Shown: positions 23,669-36,220 of the stretch, in pieces
How the letters are laid out: every line of letters starts with the position of its first letter
Numbering within the stretch: position 1 is the first letter of the stretch
Source: Antechinus flavipes
Taxonomy: Eukaryota
DNA length: 64,000 bases
Reading direction: 5' to 3'
Assembly (NCBI RefSeq): GCF_016432865.1
Contig: NC_067400.1
Span: 31,558,001 to 31,622,000, forward strand
Notes under the pieces: model-generated
Told to the model about the DNA's origin: nothing
The model's input: only the letters and a program-made list of their open reading frames with translations
The model's database searches: none
Translations under genes and position numbers: made by a program

Positions 23669-24980
23669 ATGTAGAAGTTGTTTTAGTCATTCCAAATTCA
23701 TTAACATCAGCTGATACTAATGTCATTTAAATTGATTAACTTCATCTTTTAATGCTGAATTGTCTTGCATTGTATTATAGGTAGTGGCTGAACACAGATA
23801 TTTGGGAGAAGGGGGTGACTTTAATCCCCCTCCCCTCATCTGTTTTCAAGGGACATTGAGAAATCTCTTCCAATGTTCTGCCTTCTCCTTCTTTCTTTTT
23901 TTTTCTTTCTCCTTCTCTGGAAGACTAAAGTGTGTAGGGTTTGGTGGTGGGGAAGGAATCTCTGTTCTTTTTTTCTCCCTCCCTCTGTGCCATTCTGACC
24001 AGATGTGATTTCTGTACTTAGAGCCTCAAAGGATCCTTTGAAAATTTGACTCTTCTTTATCAGTCTGAAATTTTGTTCTAAATTACACTCATTTTTCATC
24101 CCAATGTGCTTTTATCACTAACATACATCAATCACAGATTCTTCAAGTGCTCTTATCAAACTCCCCTTGCCCTTCCTGAAAATCTGCACCTTTTCCAAAC
24201 CTCTTTAACTCATTAAGAACACTTGGCTGCAAGCTTGTATACAGAAATAAGGCTTGACTCAATCTATGCCTGCTGGTAGCTTTTTAAAAGCAGCTCTACT
24301 GGGAAGCTGTGTTTGGCTACCTTCTCTCTTTCCCCCAAGGTCTTTCTGGAGGCTAGAACAAGAGTGATTTTTTGAAAATGAAATGTAGGTATGCATATAT
24401 AAAGAATAGACAGAAGACCAAGAGCATGTGAGTAAAATTTTATCATAAATTACAAGACAACATCATTTTACTTTTGCCATAAGTTTCTATCAAATGACCC
24501 TTAGAAAAAGAAAAAAAAATGATAGGAACTCTGTCTCTCAATCTATTTATCTATGTATCATCAGATTTGATTACATATATAGGACTTTTCTTGCATGGAT
24601 TTCATTAGGTTAAATGTAATGTCTTTTAGGCTTATGTATTGTGGAATACCATATATTGCAGTACTCATTTTGCCAAAAAATTCATATTTCACTCCCACAA
24701 TCATTAAGAGGTCATTGTGCAATGGGTAAAGAACCCGAGTTCTAAACTCACTTTAGCTTTTGGAACTTTGATTCATAAGGGACTGTGTCCTCCAGTTCTT
24801 TTTTCATTTTATGAGTGGGAAAATGAGACTCAGAAATATAACTGGAATTAGAGCACAGGTTTTCTATCCTCTGGCTCATTCAAAGCCCCTTACTAGTCTA
24901 TGGTAAGAGTTCTTAATCTGGAATTCTTTGAACATATACACACAGAGAGAGGTATATTAAAGAAGTATATTGAAGGGGTG

Positions 24981-25062
24981 TGTGTGTATATACATATATA
25001 TATGTATATACACACACACACAAACACACATATATATACACATACATGCACACATATACATA
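24981..25062. repeat. (TG)n(TA)n(CA)n compound microsatellite
   Basis: Visible. Confidence 0.85.
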
Positions 25063-25503
25063 TACATCTTTTGCCAATGTAATCCTAGCAATGGAATTAT
25101 TGGGCCAGAAGGTATGAGTTGCTGAATAACTATGTTTTGCTACATTTTGCTTCAAAATATTTGTATATTCAGGTCTATCAATAATGTATCAGAGTATCTG
25201 GTGCCCCACACTAATCATTTTTATTTGTTGATAAAATTTGCAAAAAGAAACCAGGAACTTCAGGGTCTAATGTTTTGCCTTTTATATCATGGCTTGTAAT
25301 GTAAAGGAGTATAATTTGTTGCTTAATTTGTAAATCAGCCTACAAATATTAAGTGCTTACTTTGTTCAAGACTTTGTGTTAAGTGCTGGGGATATAGTAC
25401 ACATTCAGACTAATTCAACTAATTATCTGCCCTTCATTCTAAAGAAGGAAGATAATAACATTTAAGAGAGAATCAAAGGTGGAACAAGGAAGAGGTATTT
25501 TTC

Positions 25504-25697
25504 TTTTCTTTTTTTAACTTTTTATTGACAGAACCCATGCCAGGGTAATTTTTTACAACATTATCCCTTGCACTCGCTTCTGTTCCGATTTTTCCCCTCC
25601 CTTCCTCCATCCCCTCCCCCAGATGGCAAGCAGTCCTATACATGTTAAATATGTCACAGTATAGATATAATGTATGTGTGCAGAACTGAACAGTTCA
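25504..25697 (-). mobile_element. Young 5'-truncated L1 3' end with perfect 14-bp TSD
   Basis: TSD aagaggtatttttc at 25490-25503 and 25698-25711; body acagaacccatgccagggtaa...ttatcccttgcactcgcttctgttccg with CpGs retained. Confidence 0.88.
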
Positions 25698-26209
25698 AAG
25701 AGGTATTTTTCAAAGCATAATGGCAAAGTCTGACAATCAGAAACAGAGTTTAGAGAAGAAAAATGGATGCATAGCCAAGTACTTTCCTCCAAATGGAGAT
25801 CTTTGGAGAAATTGACCAATGGTAGGCTTTGGACTCCAGATGTTCTGGGGTGGGACACACAGTGATGAACTCCATAGATTCAGGAGTACAATTAGAAGGG
25901 TAAAAAAGTAATGGGTATTGAAGATACATTCATAATTAATTAATGACAAAATTAAAGCACTGGGTATAATAACAACTATAATAGCAGCAATCAGAATAGG
26001 ACTTGGTAGATTGGGATTCAGTGTGCAGTTATGCAAAAAGAAATAGAGTTAGATGACCTGGTCCTTAGTGTCTGTGCTGGTCTGATTTTGGTGAAGGAGC
26101 CAAACTCTCCTGGTCTCAGGCAGTTTCTTCCTCTATTCAAAGAGGACATTGTGTAAGTCAAAGGAAGCACTTTTTGTAGATTCTTCCATAAATGTAGAAT
26201 ATAATTGAA

Positions 26210-26470
26210 TATCAATCAACAGACACATATAAAGAGCCTAGTGTGTGCTAGGAATATGTACCAGACATTGTGGGGATAAAAACAGAAGTATAATCATGTC
26301 TGCTCTCAAGGAACTTATGCTCTAATGGGGAGACAACATAGATGTGTAGTTATATCTGAAACACAAAAGAGATCTAAAGTCCCCTTTTGAAGGAAGACAC
26401 CAGAAGCAGGGAGGAATGAGGCCGGCCTCCTACTAAAGGTGGAGTCTTGAAGGACATCAGGGATTCCAAG
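26210..26470 (-). mobile_element. L2 3' fragment
   Basis: atcaatcaacagacacat...gagcctagtgtgtgctagg...tgctctcaaggaacttatgctctaatggggagacaac. Confidence 0.7.
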
Positions 26471-26764
26471 TGACTGGGGTGAGGAGAGATTCCATGTAAA
26501 CTGAACTTAGAAGGGAAGGCTCCATGGTATGACAAGGCTTATCTTTGTTTTACAGATGAGGGAACTGAGTGAGGTAAAGAGAGGACAAATGGATTGTCCT
26601 AGATTACAAAATACGTATTAAGGAAGGAATGGGATTTAGACCGAAGTCTCCCCCACCTCAAGTGCAGCATTAAGTACTATAATATTGTCTTGTTGAGTGA
26701 GAACAAAGAATTAATGTCTTTGGTGCTTTGGGAAATAAAATCATTATATTTCATAGCTTGTTCT

Positions 26765-27025
26765 ATTTTTTCCTTTTCCCCTCTTATCTTCCTTCTCTAT
26801 TCCTCCTCCTCTCTCTTTCTTCTCTTTTTCCTCCTCTTCTTCCTTTTCCTCCTCCATCTCTTTTCTTCCTACTCTCCTACTTCTTTTGCTTTTTTTTCTT
26901 TTTCCACTTCTTCATCCTCTTCCTCTGTACTTTTTGTCTCTTCTTTCTCTTCTCCTTTTTTCCCCTTCTCCTTTTTCCCTTCTTCTCCATCTCTCTTCTT
27001 CCTTCTCCTCCTCCTTACTCATCCC
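26765..27025. repeat. (TCT/TCC)n pyrimidine-rich low-complexity tract
   Basis: Visible; explains ORFs 26690 and 26728. Confidence 0.9.
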
Positions 27026-28655
27026 TCATCTCAGTGAATAGAACATACCTGTTCCAAGATTACTTACTATAACTGTATGACTTTGGGCAGGTCACTTCTG
27101 TTTGAGTCAGTTTTCCCATTGGAAAAACGGAGCTAATAGAACCTACCATACAGTGTTGTTAAGTAGATCAAATGAAAGAATAATTGTATTAGTGCAATGC
27201 CTGGCACATAGAAAGTAGGAGGGAATAAAAGCAGTCTTATAATTCATCTCATTCTGTGATGAACACTATTTAAATTTAAAATTTTTAGCAGTTCACATTA
27301 TGCATTTTGTCTTAGAGAATGGTAATTCAAGGAAATTCAAAGAAGGAAGCTTTTTTTGGCACCCTACAGTAATGCCATGAAGAAAATATTAAGCAACTTA
27401 ATTTTGAACTGTTCAAGTGAGGTCCAGAAGGATTTTCTTATTTTATCTCAAGGAGATTGTCTCTTATTTCAAAGTATCATATACATGATACCAGATAGAT
27501 TGAAAACTAACAATTCAGTTTTTAAAAAAGACAGAATAAGTTATGGCTCTTTCATTTAATCAGTATAGTTAACTCTTTCTGTGGAACCCTCCCCCACTCC
27601 ATCCTCAATTCAAAGATCTGGAACTCATCTGTAATTTAGAAAACTGTTTGAGCCCAGAGAAGCACTCTTGCTCATAATTAAAAGTTTCTTCCAACTTCAA
27701 GGCTAACCATCTACCTACCACAACACCATCTTTATTTACAAATAATTGAATATTAGACATTGTGAGATCAATTATTCACATTTCTTTTCTTTTTTCCTTT
27801 CTTTCCTTCCTTCTATCTTTCTTTGTTTCCCTGCTTCCTTCCTTTCTCAGATTTGAACTTTCTGTACAGATGTCACCTATTATTTATTAATCTTCCAGTT
27901 CATTGAGAGCAAGACCTTTTCCAGTCTTCTGATTTTTTTTGTATCCCCATTATTTAGCACAATGCTTGGTACATAGTACAGAATAAATAATTGATAATTG
28001 ACTGATTAATTAATTGACTTGAAGTCAGGAGTAATTAAAACTTTAGCCTCTTGAAAATACTTGGCTATATGTCCTCAGTTTAAGTTCATTTTTGTCAGAT
28101 TAGGTATTTCAACAAAGGCCTTCTAAAGAGAAATTTCAATTTAAGAACTATTTATGTATTTACTGTAATTCTCTTCATCTGGTATGTATGTAATTATAGC
28201 ATTAGAGCATTTAATTACAGCCGGTGTTGGTGAAGCATGGTAAGTAAGTTAAGTAAGTGTTGTAAAAGTCTGCTGCTAAAAATGGCAGACAATGAGAAGA
28301 GGGTCATCCTCTTGTAGGGTATTATTTTCAAAACTAGAAAATGCATTTAATCAACATCAGTCTTAAAAAGATCTTCTTTGTTCTGAAGAGAGGAAAGCTT
28401 TGGCTGGATAAGACTTGATATAGAGGAAGGAAGAGACCCTTTCTGTTCTCATTCATGCCCTTCATGGGCAATGAGTGATTGTAATGGCCAGTCTCTGGAG
28501 CAAATCCCCTCTCCTTTTTTCCTCAGGCTACAAGCTATCACCAGTTATCTAGCACCTATTCTGCACCTACTAATGTCCTAAGACTAGGACTTCAAGGACT
28601 AAAGGAAAGACACCTCTGTCCCCAAGGAACTTCCATTCTAACAAAGGAAATGCTA

Positions 28656-28657
<2 letters not shown>

Positions 28658-28692
<35 letters not shown>
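28658..28692. repeat. (TG)n microsatellite
   Basis: About 17 TG units. Confidence 0.95.
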
Positions 28693-28696
<4 letters not shown>

Positions 28697-28989
28697 TTTT
28701 AGAATACATAGCCTTCAAGTTTGGGGTTGCACCTAACATCTACAGGAAACATCCCTGAACTTTGAATCAGAAGTCTGGATTTGCATCTAGCTCTGATATG
28801 TACAAGTTCTATAGCATTTTGGAGCCCTGCTTTGCTCATCTATAAACTAGGGGGAAGTTTTATATGATTGATCTCACAGCATTGTTGTAAAGAAAGTTCT
28901 TAGTAAAATTTAAAGATGTGTAAGTTGGATCATCCCACCCATCCCCCATTCCATCAGGATAATGATTTCCCTCATATAGCTATTGTTAC

Positions 28990-29240
28990 TGGGTGGCTAG
29001 ATAGAGCATTAGATAGCACACTGGACTTGGAATCAGGGAGACTCTTCTTTGTGAGTTTAAATCCAGCCTCAGATACTTAGTAGTTGTGGACACTAGACAA
29101 GTCACTCAAACCTATTTGTCTGTTTTCTTACGTATAAAATGACCTGAAGAAGGAAACCAATGGTAAATCATTCCACTATCTTTGACAGAAAACCTCAAAT
29201 GGGATCATGAAGAGATGGACAGGATTGAAAAAAAAAGTAA
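28990..29240 (+). mobile_element. tRNA-CORE SINE with RTE-derived 3' tail (Mar1/WALLSI-like)
   Basis: CORE head plus gaaggaaa..tggtaaatcattccactatctttgacagaaaacc..aaatgggatcatgaagag. Confidence 0.7.
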
Positions 29241-29479
29241 TCAACAGTAATAATAATAGTATTAGTCATTTTTTCCATGGAGTTCATATAGAAGTGATTT
29301 ACTGACAAATCCCCATTTTACCATTATTCTTCTATGTTTAATATTCAACTGGTTTCCCCAGGAAAATATAGTTAAATGGAAGTCTAAGATGAAAACTTCT
29401 TGGTGGGGTCACTGAGAGCATCTTTAGGAAAAATGCTATAACAGACCAGAAAGAGGACATGGACGGAATCCTGTTCTTA

Positions 29480-29840
29480 CTCTTCCTTGAATATGACACT
29501 CTGTCTCTGGGCTCCATGTCTTTTCATCAGTTGTCACCAATGTATCAAATTCTGTCCCCTCTCACCTTAGTCTCCTGGCTTTTACTTAGAATCTTGATTT
29601 TTCTGCAAGAAACTTTCCCCACTCTTTCCCCATCCCTCCCATGGCTTCTGATGTTACCATCCTTCTGAAATTACCTTATATCTCCTTTATAAATTTCACA
29701 TGTGCCTAGTTTGTATGTTGTCTCCTCCAATTAGAATGTGAGCTTATTGAGGGGAGGGATTATTCTTCCTTTGCTTTGTATTCCCAGTGCTTAGCACAGT
29801 ACCTGGCACATGAGGGATTATTAATGAATGCTTGCTGACA
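29480..29840 (+). mobile_element. L2 3' region
   Basis: ttagaatgtgagcttattgaggggaggga...cccagtgcttagcacagtacctggcaca...aatgaatgcttgctga. Confidence 0.8.
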
Positions 29841-30430
29841 GTGATGGTGAGCTTGTTTTCCTATTGACTAGGTCTTTTTATTTTTAATAATTTTTCATTC
29901 CATACATATTAGAGATTATGAGTTTTCAAGACAGTGACATCTATTAAAATGTTAATTATATGAAGACAGGCTTTCTCAAGAGAGGAGAGTTGGGAAACAG
30001 TGGTAGAGTTGCCAGATATGCATATTCCCTTTGGAGTTTTGTCCATATCTGAGCCTTGCAGTGTAACCACTGGAACCAGAGAAAGGTGTGATGAGAATGG
30101 CATAAGGATGGCAGTGATGAACGCAACACATAATACCTTATGTTCTTATAAACCTTTACATTTTATAATTTTTTACATACCTTTTTCCATTTGATCCTCC
30201 TAGGGATCTTGTGATGTGAGTACCAATACTATGCTCATTTTTAGGGGGAGGAAACTGAGGGTTGGAGACTGTATGCCCAGGGCCACACAGAAGCTTCTGG
30301 TAAGGATTTTGAATTTAAGACTTTGATTCCACTCTCATCAGGAAGAAGCTTAAGCCTCTATAGTGAATTCTGCTTTTCTCTTTCTTGATTCCAAGTCTCA
30401 TTGTCTGAGCCAGCTATCCCAACCACTAGT

Positions 30431-30630
30431 ATGACTGGAACAATGGACATATATGTGTGTGTATTATAATATATATTTGTATACATGCATGTATTCGATA
30501 ATGACTGGAACAATTGGTATATGTGTTTATTATAATACACATTTGTATACATGCATTTATTCAATAATGATGAACAATTGATGTGTGTGGACATATATTA
30601 TAAAATTTGTATACATGCATGTATTGTATA
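30431..30630. repeat. Minisatellite, 3 imperfect units of 70/66/64 bp
   Basis: Units start at 30431, 30501 and 30567: atgactggaacaat...tattataa...atttgtatacatgcat.tatt. Confidence 0.85.
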
Positions 30631-31859
30631 AATATGTATACATTTATGCATCCACACATTTATGAGATACACACAAATATAAATATATAAAGAGAAAGAT
30701 ATACATACATAGAGATATGCATACAAATATATGTATATTTAGTGATAAATATATGTGTGTGTGTGTGTGTGTATACATATAGGAGGAGAAAGAGAGATAC
30801 CAAGAGAAACATAGAGGGATGAGATTTGTCACCTGTTACTCAGAAGAAAGCTCACTGAGAACCTTGACTGTCCCTCTTTGTGTTTTCATCCCTATAGTTT
30901 AGTACAGTGCTACTTGACTCATTGGAAGCATTTACTAAAGCTACTCATTAACTAGGGCAGCTACATGATGCTATTGGTCCCATGTCTTTTAGTGAGATCT
31001 TGCCTACTCATCTTGTCCTGCTAGAGTCATGAAAAGTCCTTCTCTTTATTCTGGCAAATCTACAAAAGTTCAAGGCCATAAACATGCATCTTTGCTAACA
31101 AGTGAAGACACATTAGACAAAGTGACAAAATACACAAAAGAATATCTGGGAGTGGATGGAGATATGAATCAGGATTTGAGTCTTTGGCCTAGAATCCAGT
31201 GTATGGTGTAGCAAAAAACATTACTGAACACACATTTCTGTTTTCATCCTGGTGATGAACAAAGCTAGTCCAAGTCCTAGCCCTAGGTAGTTCTGGGCTG
31301 CTGCCAATTCAGGTCTGCTGGAACACTAATTGCTTCCAAAATTTGTTTACTGTTGTTAGTTCCAAGCCTGGGCTCCCAACTGCCCCCCACCCCAGCTCTG
31401 GCCTGTGTTGTATTTGTGATCTGCAGCCATGCTACCCTTGGGCATCTTTCACTTGTCGTGAGATCCTTACTGTGGAGCAGGAAACAACTAACTTTCTGGC
31501 CATCTCATTCCACCCCCTTATTTTCTAATTAAGGAGAATGAAGCAAGTTGGTTAAATGACTTGCCCAGGATTATAGTGATGGTGTCAAAGATGGGATCTG
31601 AACCAAGGATATTTGGCTCCAAAGGCAAGCTTCCCTCCACAGCAGCACACTTCCTAGTTCCCTCTTTCATATCAGCACTTTTCTATTTATGCCCCAAAGT
31701 TTCTTCATCTAGTTTTTGTGTCATCCTATCAAAGTCTTGATCTTATCTCTTTTACTCTATTCTAAAGATTTCTGTGGCTCAAGGTCTCCAATTCTATCCT
31801 ATCCATCATCTTGACCTACTTCTCCGTGTTTTATTTGCCCAAGTTAGATACATTAGCTG

Positions 31860-32600
31860 GTTAGTTAACAAGCACATATTACGTGCTTATTATATCACAG
31901 ACATTATGCTAAGTGCAGTGGATGTTTAAAAAGGCAGAATCATGGTCCCCGATTTCAAGGCACCTATCTTTTCACAGAGAAGACAACATACAAATAACTA
32001 TATATTTCAGATATATGCAGTGGAAATAAAAAGTTATTTAGAAGGGAAAGAAACAACTAATGGTAGGGACAAGGGAAGAAGGCTATGAAAAGCCTTTTAT
32101 AGATGAGATCTGCATCTTAAAGGAACTCAGGGAAGCTAATAAGAAGGGAGAGTCCCACAATCATGGGGGACAGCTGGTGACAAGGCAAAGAATTTGGGAG
32201 ATGAAGTTGGTTTGCATTGGAGGAATCACAAGATGGCCACGATTGCTAGATTGTAGAAGTGTGAAAAATAGGAGAAGAGGCCTAGTTGTGAAAGGCTTTA
32301 AAACCTAACAGTTGATTTATATTTGATCCTTTGAGGAAGTACTAGTGTTATTGAATAAGGGGTGTCATGGTTAAAACTATGCTTTAGGAAAACCACATCA
32401 GCAGCTGAGAGGATTGGATAGGACTGGGGAGACTCTTGATTGGGGAGCCTAATCAGCAGACTAAATAATCAAGGGCTGAGATAATGAAGGCCTTCAACAG
32501 AATAATGTGTTTGTAAACATAAAAGGGTGACATATGCCAGAGGTGTTGTGAATGTAAAAACTATGAGATGGAGACAGATTGGTTGTGTGAAGGGATTGGA
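31860..32600 (-). mobile_element. L2 fragment
   Basis: ttaacaagcacatattacgtgcttat...atgctaagtgc...gaaggctttaaaac...gatttatatttgatcct...ggattggatagg. Confidence 0.7.
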
Positions 32601-35349
32601 GATTTGGAGAAGGAGCCAGTGGTAATGACTAGTCCTGCCATTGAGAATATCTTATCTCTCTTTTAACCCTGATCTCTATTGCTTGTAATATTTGGGCACC
32701 ATTTTCATTTTCTCACTGTTTTCTGTATTCAATTCATGTTCACTAGAAGAATAGTTTAAGGCTATTCCTTCCTTTTCAGAAGCCCATATTTTTCATTTGT
32801 TGTTATAATTTCTCATCTTGGATGTCTTCTTAGATGTTCTATGATCTTATTTATATCATTGTTCAATCTGAAACTTCAGCAGGTGTCTCCTCATTTAAAA
32901 ATTCATGCTTTCTTTTGGGTTACCTGTTAGTAATATATTTGTTTTCTGTTTGAAGAAACTCAACTCTTAGGTAACTGTCTTCTCTAGAATTCCTTGAAAG
33001 AGAGAGGAACTGAGCTAGCCAGTTCCATCTTCATCCTGAGGTACCCTTTTCCAGGCTTTCCTCACTTCGGAGATTTTCCTATGATCTTTTAATTTGGGTC
33101 CTGCAGTGTTTGAACTAATTCACACAATTAAGCCATCTCACCCTTGGTTCTCAGCAAGAGTCGTATGAGGGACATTTTCTTTGAGGGTCTGTTTGTTATC
33201 TTCAAGGACACAGATAGAACTCATTCTCTACTACCTTCTGTGTACATACTCCCGTCCTGGTGTGTCAATTCCAGCCTGCTGCTCTTTGAGTGGACAGAGA
33301 GGTTGTATGTGAACAACTTGAAATTAGACTGCCTAAAGTAAGGTATAAAAACATTAAAATTCTCTGCAATGATAATTGTTGCTGCATTTTATTTTTATAC
33401 CTCTTTCTTTCCAAAAACCATGAACTGCTCATTGTAGAAGAGAGAAGGTGCTTATGTGACCATGGGTCGCATTATCAGAATGCTCTTAATGGTACTTTAA
33501 GCTCTTAATTCTTAAGCTTTAATAATTTAGGATGAAGTTAGGATAGAAACAACTTATAAATGGCATATAAGGGTAATACATTTATCTCTTACCTTCTCAG
33601 AGCTGATATTTTCTAGCCACAGGGCTCAATTTGTCTTATAGTCCAAAGATGCCATTTTGGGGGATTTGAAATTTGAATTAAAGGTATATGGTAGCCCTGA
33701 TTCAGTTTTGTTATCTCTGATTAGTGAATTTGTTTTAAAATGCTTTATCCCTTTTTTCTACCATATCTGAACTCAATTTATTAAAGCTTTCATATTTTAT
33801 TGATATGTTTCATTTTGATACTTACCACCTTCATTTCTGAATACATTTTCACTCTATTTACTATCAAATGACCTATCCCTTATAATAAATAATTTCTTTA
33901 AAATGACAGAAAAAAGGATTTCAAAAACTAGCTAATATATCAAGATAATTTGACAGTTTATGTAACATTGGGCAACCATATTTCCCCACCTCCATGAACA
34001 GTAGAGGTACATTTTTTAAATTCTTCTTTAGGAGCTAGCTTAGTCATTCTAACAGCCTTCAATTCCTTCTGCTCTTGTTATTGCTGTTAGTGGTATCTTT
34101 GTTTACATTGCTCTAGTTTCTGTGTATATTGTTTTCTTGGTTCTGTTCATTGTCTCTCTTTTTTAGTTCATATAAATCTACCAATCATCTAAATTCTTTT
34201 TATGAGTCATTTTTAATGGTGCAGTCATGTCCTCCTACATTCATGTGCCACTCTGTATTCAGCCATTCTCCAATTAATTGATATGTGCCCAAATTATGTA
34301 AGTTTGAAAGTTTAAAAGAACTCAATGATAATGCTCTATAGAAATGTAAATATTCATTCTTGTACTTTTCTACTTCAAAATCACTTGCTTCATTCTTCAT
34401 AAGTATACCACAATACTTGGAGCAAAGTAGATATTTAATAAAAGTTTGTTGATTATTTGGTTATTCTGAGACTGTGTGTGTGTGTGTGTGTGTGTGTCCC
34501 TCTCCCTCCTTCTCCTCTCTCTTTCTCTGCATTAGTACAAATAGAAATTTCTGTTGTCTTTGTAAATAGTTGGTGCCTTAAATGACTGTCCCCCTTAAAA
34601 AAATACCATTCTGTGGCCAAACTTCCAGTGATGGACAACTCTTAAGGATTAGTAAGATTAGTACCTCTGCTGCCAGTGATAGTCATATGGTTGCTTGTGG
34701 ATCTAGAAAAGATAACTGACTTCCCCAGGATCACATAGCCAGTATGTGCCAAAGAACATCTTGAAACCCAGAACTTAGTGACTCCAACCAAAGTAGTCCT
34801 CCCCTAACCAGTATACCACCTGACTCCTGATTCCTGTTAATACCAACATTCTATTATTTTGTATGTGCAAGAATATGGAGAATTCAGTGTTTTTAAAAAT
34901 ATAAATGTTTGATTCAAGTTTTACATCAAAATGAATTTTCAGAAAAGAGTAAAATGTATGAAAACTGTGCTTGAGGATATGTATAATTTGGGTACCTTTA
35001 GAATGAGTTCCTGTGCTTCTATTATTTATTAGGAGAACATCAGTGCTGGAAGACTCCTTCGAGATCATCTATTTTAATATTCTTTTGATTTTTTTTTTGT
35101 ATCTGAGGAAACTGAGGTTTAGAGCTATGAAATGAAAAAAGCCAAATGTCAATCCTAACTAGGATTCCAGTCTAAATCTTCATCTCTCTTTTATCAGTGA
35201 TTAGCATTGGACTAGAAAAAGAAGCCAAAGGCACTATCTTGAGATGTAGTTGTACATCCAAATCTGCACTCAAATTGCTGTAAGGCTTAAAGCAAGTCAT
35301 TCAAATTGTTTTCCCATCATGTTATTATCTTGAAAGTAGTGACCTTCTG

Positions 35350-36220
35350 GCCAGTCAATCAATAAATAAGGACAATGTGTTAGTCTCAGTGCTAAGCCTT
35401 GGGGATACAAATGGAGGCAAAAGACAATTCTAGCTTTTAAAAATCTTAGAATGTAATGGAGGAGAGAAGAACTGCATACATATGTTCAAAGCAAGCTATA
35501 TAGAGAACAAATAGGGAATAACTAAGAGAAGGAAAGCAATAAAAGGGATTGTGAAAACTTTCCAGTGGAAGATGGTATTTTAGTTGGAACTTAAAGGAAA
35601 ACAAGAAAGATAGTAAATAGTGATGAAGATGGAGAACATTCCAGGCCTGGAGGATAATCACAGAAAATGCCTGGGGTTGAGCCATAGAATGTCTTACTTG
35701 GACAGTGAGGAGGCAGAGTGAATAGAATGTGGGACCTGGAGTCAGGAAGGCTTATTTCCCTGAATTCAAATCTGTTCTCAGTCACTTAGTAGCTGTGTGA
35801 CTCTGGGAAGTCCTTCACCCTATTTTCCTTAGTTTTCTCATCTGTAAAATAGCTGGAGAAAGAAATGGCAACACTCTAGTATCTCTGTTAAGAAAATCCC
35901 AAATATGGTTATGAAGAATTGGACTGGACTGAAAGGACTAAGCAGCAACAAAAACAGCAGATTGAGATGATGTGCTATGGAGTAAGATGTGAGAAGCCTG
36001 GTAAAGGAGGAGGGAGTAAGTTATCAAGGGCTTTGTGTGCCATGCAAAGGATTTTGTATTTGACTCTAAAGATGATAGGGAGGCACTGGAAGTTATAGAG
36101 GGAGAGTGATATGGGTAGACCTGTGATTTAGGAAGAGCACTTTAGTGACTGAAGGAAAGATGATTTGGATTGGGGAGAGATTGGAGCCAGGCTGAATTGC
36201 CAGCAGGCTACTGAGTTGAT
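35350..36220 (-). mobile_element. L2 fragment interrupted by the SINE at 35712-35950
   Basis: agtcaatcaataaat...gtgctaagccttggggatacaaat...gttggaacttaaagga...ggattttgtatttgactctaaagatgatagggaggcactgg. Confidence 0.7.
35712..35950 (+). mobile_element. Mar1/WALLSI-like RTE-tailed SINE
   Basis: ggacctggagtcaggaagg...gaattcaaatc...gctgtgtgactctggg...gctggagaaagaaatggcaacactctagtatc...aagaaaatcccaaa. Confidence 0.75.

Noticed and set aside
30431-30630. CRISPR-like array
   Set aside because: Eukaryotic DNA; degenerate head-to-tail units without unique spacers.
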